The notes below the pieces were generated by a model. The model was not told where the DNA came from. It saw only the letters and a program-made list of their open reading frames with translations, and made no database searches. A DNA stretch of 64,000 bases from Diplonema japonicum (Eukaryota > Protista > Euglenozoa: Diplonemea): assembly GCA_964019335.1 (NCBI GenBank), contig OZ025659.1, positions 62,001 through 126,000 on the forward strand, given 5' to 3'. Within the stretch, counting starts at the first letter, position 1; every line of letters begins with the position of its first letter. The translations under genes and the position numbers were made by a program. Of this stretch, positions 57,791 through 64,000 are shown piece after piece.

Positions 57791-57967
57791 GTGGACCGTC
57801 CTTCGGTGGTGGGTACAACGAAACACCATCATAGGGTACGAAGCCGATGTTCTCAGAAGTCAGGCCGCCGTGTACGAACAAGGTCTCGCCCTGAAGAAGG
57901 ATCAACCTCGCAGCTGTTAGGTACTTCCCGAGCACACCTTGAGGGGATGTTTCCTTCAGATACCGTT
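57791..57967. repeat. 177-bp duplicate of coding segment 56676-56852
   Basis: Apparently identical direct copy of part of the phosphoesterase CDS, about 1.1 kb away. Confidence 0.92.
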
Positions 57968-58106
57968 CCCCCCTGCCAAGGTGTGGCTGGAGGCTGGCCG
58001 AAGACGAATACGAGCCCCACACTTCTTCTGAGGTCGAACCATATTTTCTTTTTTCTCCTGGTGGTTTTCCTTTACAGATAATTTTGAAAGTAAATCAGTT
58101 GGAAAA

Positions 58107-58166
58107 GAAAAAGAAAAAGAAAAAGAAAAAGAAAAAGAAAAAGAAAAAGAAAAAGAAAAAGAAAAA
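58107..58166. repeat. (GAAAAA)10 microsatellite
   Basis: Ten perfect hexamer units. Confidence 0.9.
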
Positions 58167-58359
58167 GAAAGAAAAAAAAAAAACAAGAGAGTCGGCTGGT
58201 TGTTTGTGGAAGCCGGGGAGGGTACCTGCCGGTATGCGGCAGGACACCTCAAAAAAAAGCATACCGTTTACTTTAAAAAAAGAAGGGAGGATGGAGTACG
58301 TAGGGGAACAAGGAGTTCCCCTAATACGTACGAGTGGAGAAGAAAAAGAAGAGAAAACC

Positions 58360-58850
58360 ACCGTTCACGGTAAGCAAATAACGTTTTTCCACCAAGTACT
58401 GTAAGCAGAATTTTTACTTCTTTTCACGGTAACCTGGAATTTTTTTTCCACTCTCCCATGAAACCTTCCTATTGTTCCCATTTTTAGTTTTTCGAAATTT
58501 TTGATTTTTTTTTTGCATTTTCAGTATTTGGTGTGAAAACGTGAAGGATGGCCTCAGGCCACTTGACAAAGTCACAAATAGGCAGGCAGGCGAAGAGGAA
58601 GCGGAGTGAGGGGGAGGGGAAGAATATGTGCAGCAACTGCAGAAAGGTTGGGCATAATGCTGCAACCTGCAGGAACCCCCATTTCTCAACTGGTGGTGTT
58701 CAGTCCCAGTCACTCCTCAGAGTTCTTTCCCAAACCCTAATCATAAAAATGATACAGGTTACCGTGGATGGTGGAAAAAAAGTTTGTAGTTGCATAAGGA
58801 AAAAATTTGGTGGTTACAGCAACGGTAGAAAAAAAGTTGTGGTTAGACAT
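58360..58850 (+). mobile_element. MULE-like deletion derivative with zinc-knuckle remnant
   Basis: GRQAKRKRS...CSNCRKVGHNAATC (typical MULE C-terminus) between degenerate inverted arrays of CACGGTAAC...TTTTTCCACC. Confidence 0.6.
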
Positions 58851-59196
58851 CCCCCAGCACACAAGAGGACAAGGGGGGAATCCACATCAAAAGAAAAAAG
58901 ATTGGATGAACGAAGTGGTTAGCAACGGCCCGCCGCGGTGGCGTGCCTACCTACGTAGGGCTGTTTACGGTGAGCAGGACGGCTCAAAAGAAATCATGCA
59001 TACTTTAAAAAAAAAAAAGGGAGGATGGAGTAGGGGGACAAAGAGTTCTCTTAATACGTACGACGTTGGAAAGAAAATAATATAAAGTGAGTTTAAAATG
59101 AATTCAGACAAATAAATTAAAGCCAGTAGTGGAGAGGGAGGAGAGAAAGGACAGACAGAGAGAACAAAGGAAAAAAGTTCTTTTTTTCCCCCCCTT

Positions 59197-60206
59197 CTCA
59201 TCTGCCACTCGAACACTCCACCATCCTGTCCCGAAGCAAACGTAAAACACTCTCTGTAATCGCAAAGTCTAGAGGAAGCTTCCCTTCGCTGTCAAGAAGA
59301 AGCTCAACTACTGCTTTGGATCATTTGCTCTTTCTCTGCAGACATTTCGTCGTCCCTCCCCCGCTGCCCCACGAGCTCACAGCTCATGTTATCGCCTGAC
59401 GCAGTGTCTAACTTCTTGTTGGTGTTCGTTGCTGCTCGGGTGATATCTTCCAACGTGAGGCGTTCCCTTGCCGCCTCTGTCTCCTTGGTGTCCGTCTCCG
59501 ACTTAAGGGCATTGTCAAGTCGAGCTCGTTCTTCAGTGCAGTGAACTCCGTTTCTAAGCTCTGCACTCTTGTGGTGAGCGTGTTCAGCTTGCTTTCAAGT
59601 TCCAACTCCTTCAAAGAGTTGTTCTCTGTGGTCAGCTGTCGGTTCCGGTTCTGTGCTGCTGTTGTTGAGGTGACCTGCTCAGCGTTCTTTTTGTTTTGCA
59701 CAACAGAAAGGCAACAGCAAACATGATGGTAAGGAAGTCTTTAAGCTCTTCGTTGAAAATGTTGTGGAGTTTGTCTTCCGACGGTCCGGAATGGTCAGGT
59801 ACAGGGACAGGGGGCACAGGATCCACTTCTACAGGATGCGGTGGGGGCACAACGGGGGTCGTAGGTGTGTCCGTGGGCACATCAATGACAGGACAGGTCT
59901 GATTAACGATGACCACCACCTTCTCGATAACTGTCTCGATGATTGTGTTCACTACATGCACCTCGATAACTGTCTCGACCTCGGGCTCTGGGTAGTACTT
60001 GGGCCTGACAAGATGCGGTCACTTACGCTGGTGGTGAAGAGAGCAACAGAAGAGGTAGACACCACCGAGGCATTGTTTAGTTTCTCAGCCACGATGTAAG
60101 TAAGGGTCTTCTGCTCCGAGTCGGTGCTAGTGCCGTTCAGCTCTTCCCCTTCACACACCCCAACTGATAATAGCAGCACAGCGCATATCACTCCGCGGGC
60201 TTTCAT
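59197..60206 (-). pseudogene. Frameshifted membrane-protein pseudogene (signal peptide, Pro stalk, TM remnant, coiled coil, ankyrin-like remnant)
   Basis: Successive ORFs 59952-60206, 59632-59961 and 59408-59701 in different frames, then a terminal VVELLLDSEGKLPLDFA. Confidence 0.55.
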
Positions 60207-60405
60207 TTTTCCTCCCGTTTCTTGCTCTTAAAATAACAGACGCAACGAAGAAACAAGAAGGAACAAAAAGAAAAAAAAATACAAAACCCCCAAGTATAAA
60301 AGAGAGAAAAGAAAAGGAAGGAAAAAAAAAAAAAGTGTCCTGCCCTCCTCTCTCTGATTTTTTTTTTTTCTTTGGGTACACGGTAACTAAATAACTTTTT
60401 TCCAC

Positions 60406-60962
60406 GCGTCTGCTCACAGGACCGTTGCCAGCCTCTGAACCGCCGGACTGCGGGAGGCCACTGGGACGCGACGAAGAACGAGTGCATCAAAAAAACCATC
60501 CGTTCTCCAGAAAGGTGGGCCACCTGTTTCGTAGGACCCAACCGGACCCATGACTACATCGTCATCACGGTCCTGGTAAATAAAAAAGAAACGAGGATTG
60601 AGGTAGAGAGGTGGATTTAACCCATATGAACATTGCAGGTCGACGGGAACTGCTCCCGTTGTGTGCTGGCACGTTGATTTTGATAAGGCCTAGTGATTTG
60701 GGGGGAAAAAAAAAAGAGGGAAAAAATCATGGAAAAATCATGAAACTCCCCATTTTTGGTGTCACCCAGTGTCTCGGCACCTCGTTCTGGGATGAAGTTA
60801 TGAGGTTTCAGATGGATACAAATAGCGTATTTAACGCAGATTTTCAATATCTTTCCATTCCATCTTTTTTTGATGAGAACCGATCCAAGGCTTTGGTCTA
60901 GATGACCACAGAACAATTACACCTATTAACTGCTTCTACAGAAGCAGTTGGGCATTTAAGGG
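60406..60962. mobile_element. Truncated right end of piggyBac family A
   Basis: Highly similar to 33528-34043; ends TTGGGCATTTAAGGG followed by TTAA (60963-60966). Confidence 0.9.
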
Positions 60963-61030
60963 TTAAGCCTGCAACTTTTTTTCCACCGTCCACGGTAACC
61001 TGCAACTTTTTTTTCAAAAAAAGTTGCAGG

Positions 61031-62425
61031 TTAGTTTCATAAATTCTCAAAGTAGACCCCCTTAGTTTTTCAAAATGTTCAAATCCGGACCCCTTAGTTT
61101 CGGAAATACCCAACTTGGGCCCCCTATGTTTCATAAATTGCTAACAACATTTTTTTTCACCCCAACATTTCCTACAGCTCTTTTTCCATCATTATATCAC
61201 AAAAACCAATCCTTTTAAAATGCCTACATTCAAAGATTGTTGCTGATGCGGTTTTCTCGGACATGGCTGAGGCGCGAAGAGAGGCCTTGCCTAGCTCAAA
61301 CCGGCTTTACCCGTTGTGTTTCAGTATTGTGGTTTCCGAGGATGTAGATTCTTGGAAATACCACCTGCGACAGACATCATTGAGGTTCAAGCTTGACGGT
61401 GCTGTCGTGGTCACGGACAGGCAAAAGGGCTTACCTGAGGCACTTCCTGAGATGCTGCCGAACTGCCACCACATGATGTGTATCAATCACATTGCGGGCA
61501 ACATCAGGGTTAAGTTCAACTCCAAATGTGACAACTTGATCTGGAAAGCTGCGAAGGCCTCCCGTGAGAACTTCGACGCTGTTATGGATGAGGTATGCCC
61601 TCGTTGCTGGGCTTTTTTTTTCTTTTTTTAGTTCGATGAAGAAGTGGCAGAGTACCTGAGAGCCATTGACCCCACCAAATGGGCTGACTCGCACTTCCCC
61701 ACCTGCCGTTTTGGAGTTTACACCCCCAATAGCATTAACAAGGTACGCTACCTCCCACCCCCCTCTTTTAAGGTTCTAAAAGAACCAAGATGCAGCACAG
61801 TGCTAGGTCTGGTGAAGGGCATTCGTGACTATGTCACAAGCACGTTTGCAAGTAGGCGGGGGGAGCACGATGGGCTGCAGGTGAATGAACCTGTTCCTTG
61901 CGTGAAAAAGGTTGTGGAGGGGAACATGGCAAGCGCTAGCGGGTGCAAGGTTGTTTTCTCCTTTTTTTTAAAACGCCCAATAGGTCTTGCGCTTAGGTGA
62001 CGGGAAGCACCAAGTCGACTTTACCGCCCAACTTCAAGAAAGTAATCTTTTACACAGGAAGACACCTTCGACGCAGCCCTCTAAGAAGTAGCCTTGGTTA
62101 CCCGGGCTGTCTTTTTCTTTTCCTTTCAAGTTGCCTATTGTCAAGGAACATGCGCACAACCTTGTTGAGCATCAATGAAACATAGGGGACCTAAGCGGGT
62201 AATTTGTGAAACTATGGGGGGTTTTTTGAGCATTTTGGAAACTAAGGGGTTGACTTTGAGCGATTTCCCGCCGTAGGGGCCTAGTTAGGGCATTTAAAAC
62301 CTGGGGGGGTGTACTTTGAACACTTTGGAAACCTAGGGGGCGGGATTTGAGCGTTTTGAAGACTTAGGGGGTGGACTTTGAGCATTTTGGAAACCTAGGG
62401 GTCAAGTTAGGACAAGTTAGGGCTC
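61031..62425 (+). mobile_element. MULE (Mutator-like) element with partial, intron-containing transposase
   Basis: YPLCFSIV.SE...SW, TDRQKGL..A....P...H..C..H...N MULE motifs. Long imperfect inverted termini built from CCCTTAGTTT / AAACTAAGGGG subrepeats. Confidence 0.85.
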
Positions 62426-62491
62426 TACCCCCCCCTTTTTTTTTAAAGCTTTTACAGAAAAAAAAAAAGAAAAAAAAGGGGGTTTTATTTT

Positions 62492-62974
62492 TCATTTCCA
62501 GCCAGCAGGCCGTCGGGTTTCCATGGTTGTCAGATGTATCTGACCGCAGCCCCGTTCCTCTAGTAACGTTTCGAAAGAGGGCACCACCAACCAGATATTC
62601 GAATTGTGTGCCACCCTCGGCAGGAATGAGAATGAGTTTGCCAGCCTGCTTGAGATTACGATATCTTCTGGCGGTTCGTTGGACTCGGCGATTTCCGCTA
62701 CTTTTATTACCATGCTGATGTGTGTGGGGGGTTTTTTGTCATTCTCTTTTCGCCGAGCCTGTACCTGGACTGGTTCGTAACCCCATCTGCATGTGTCTCG
62801 GAGTGCTCCAGGAGAGGCGCCGCCCCACTGCCTGTACGCGTATTTCTCATGTGCTCTCCCTATTTCTTGTTGGATTTTTTTGGTCAGCCTGCCCAAGTCC
62901 TTCACCCCCGCTACTTGCCTTTCAAGGTCTACAAGGACCGCAACTCTTTTTAATGCTGTAGTCGTTTTCAGCAT
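62492..62974 (-). CDS. Degenerate NYN/LabA-like (PIN-fold) protein
   Basis: VAVLVDLE, KYAY..W, GYEPVQV....K, DIVISS pattern. Several acidic active-site residues appear replaced. Confidence 0.55.
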   Translation of the reverse strand: MLKTTTALKRVAVLVDLERQVAGVKDLGRLTKKIQQEIGRAHEKYAYRQWGGASPGALRDTCRWGYEPVQVQARRKENDKKPPTHISMVIKVAEIAESNEPPEDIVISSRLANSFSFLPRVAHNSNIWLVVPSFETLLEERGCGQIHLTTMETRRPAGWK

Positions 62975-63673
62975 TTTTTTTTTTTTTGGCGGTTTCCTTT
63001 TTTTTGGGGGGTTTTTTTTGCGGTGAATCATTGGGGGAAATATAAAAAAAAAAAAAGGAAAACAACGTATATCTCGATCAGTGTGGAAGGTGAAAAAAAA
63101 GTTTTTTTACTGTAAGTGAAAGAAGTAAGAAAAAGAAATGTCGGCCTCTTACAGTATGCCCCGAGCGGGGGGGGGGGGGGGGGGGAACCAGAAATGAAAA
63201 AAAAAGAAAAAAAAAAAAGACATTTATGAATAATATTCGATTTGGGGATAAAATAAATCACTATGATGGAAAAGGTATTCAAACCACCGGTGGTGTGGTG
63301 CAAATGAATTTAAGGGAAAGATTAGGATTACAGTAAAAAGAAAAAGAAAAACCAAAAAAAAAAAAGATTTTAGGTGAGACCGGAGAAAGAAAACAGGGGG
63401 GAAATAAAAAGGGTAGGTTCTTTTTCTCCCCCCCCTTTCTCCACTGGGTTTTTCCCACCCGGCCAGAATAGTTACTGCTTAATGTAGGGGGGGGAAAAAA
63501 GAAAAGAAATTAAAAAAAGGAGGGGGGTGGTTTTTTTTCCCATTCTTTTTTCTCACCCTTCTCCACGTTTCCTTCTTTCTTTGTTTTTTTTTTCCTTCTT
63601 ATAATCTCCAATCTCCTTGATTTTTTTCATTTCACCCTCCCCCTCCTTCCGCTCAAGTACGAGAGAAAAAAAA

Positions 63674-63708
<35 letters not shown>

Positions 63709-63786
63709 AAAAAAAAAAATGACTAAAAAATTATCGGAAAAAAAAGAAAAAAGAAAAATAAAAACACACTTTTTCCAACTTTCCCA

Positions 63787-63962
63787 CTACTGGAACTGAA
63801 ACATGCGGGAGTAGGCCATGGACTTCTTACCGGGATGGGGCTGCGAAGTGAAAACTGTGTAGGATGGCCGGAAGTCAGGGTGCTTCAAGGTGATGAACGC
63901 AGCCTTGTTCCCCACAGTGTCGCAATAATTAGGGGCACTGAAAACCGTGATACACTTACCAC
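63787..63962 (-). CDS. PP5: Ser/Thr protein phosphatase 5, last exon (gene continues beyond window)
   Basis: GKCITVFSAPNYCDTVGNKAAFI...F..QPHP....MAYS* matches the PP5 C-terminus. Acceptor A31-TACGCAG. Confidence 0.88.
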
Positions 63963-63966
63963 CTGC

Positions 63967-64000
<34 letters not shown>

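Overview
Eukaryotic nuclear DNA from a flagellated euglenozoan, most likely a diplonemid or related lineage. This is inferred from a nucleus-encoded F1-ATPase alpha ending ...LLYSCKRAV, a trypanosomatid-type HMG-CoA synthase, and beta-tubulin, tektin and IFT22 genes. About 30 host genes all lie on the minus strand, as in a polycistronic-type cluster. Many are split by very short GT-AG introns, often with GTATG donors and poly(A) rather than a polypyrimidine tract before the acceptor. Spacers are dominated by homopolymer runs. Mobile DNA includes two TTAA-flanked piggyBac-type families (one apparently carrying host-gene fragments), MULE relics including an intron-containing transposase, and an intronic MITE-like element. 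The most striking signal is non-coding: a near-canonical HDV-like ribozyme fold at 24939-25014 (minus). It sits in a ~0.5 kb GC-rich island that shares colinear motif blocks with three other islands (1140-1525, 10225-10570, 44539-45242). One of these is a 1.47-unit tandem of a ~479-nt monomer, and the copies seem to start at different phases. This suggests a candidate HDV-type retrozyme or circular-RNA-derived retroelement family. The alignments were made by eye and need computational and experimental confirmation.
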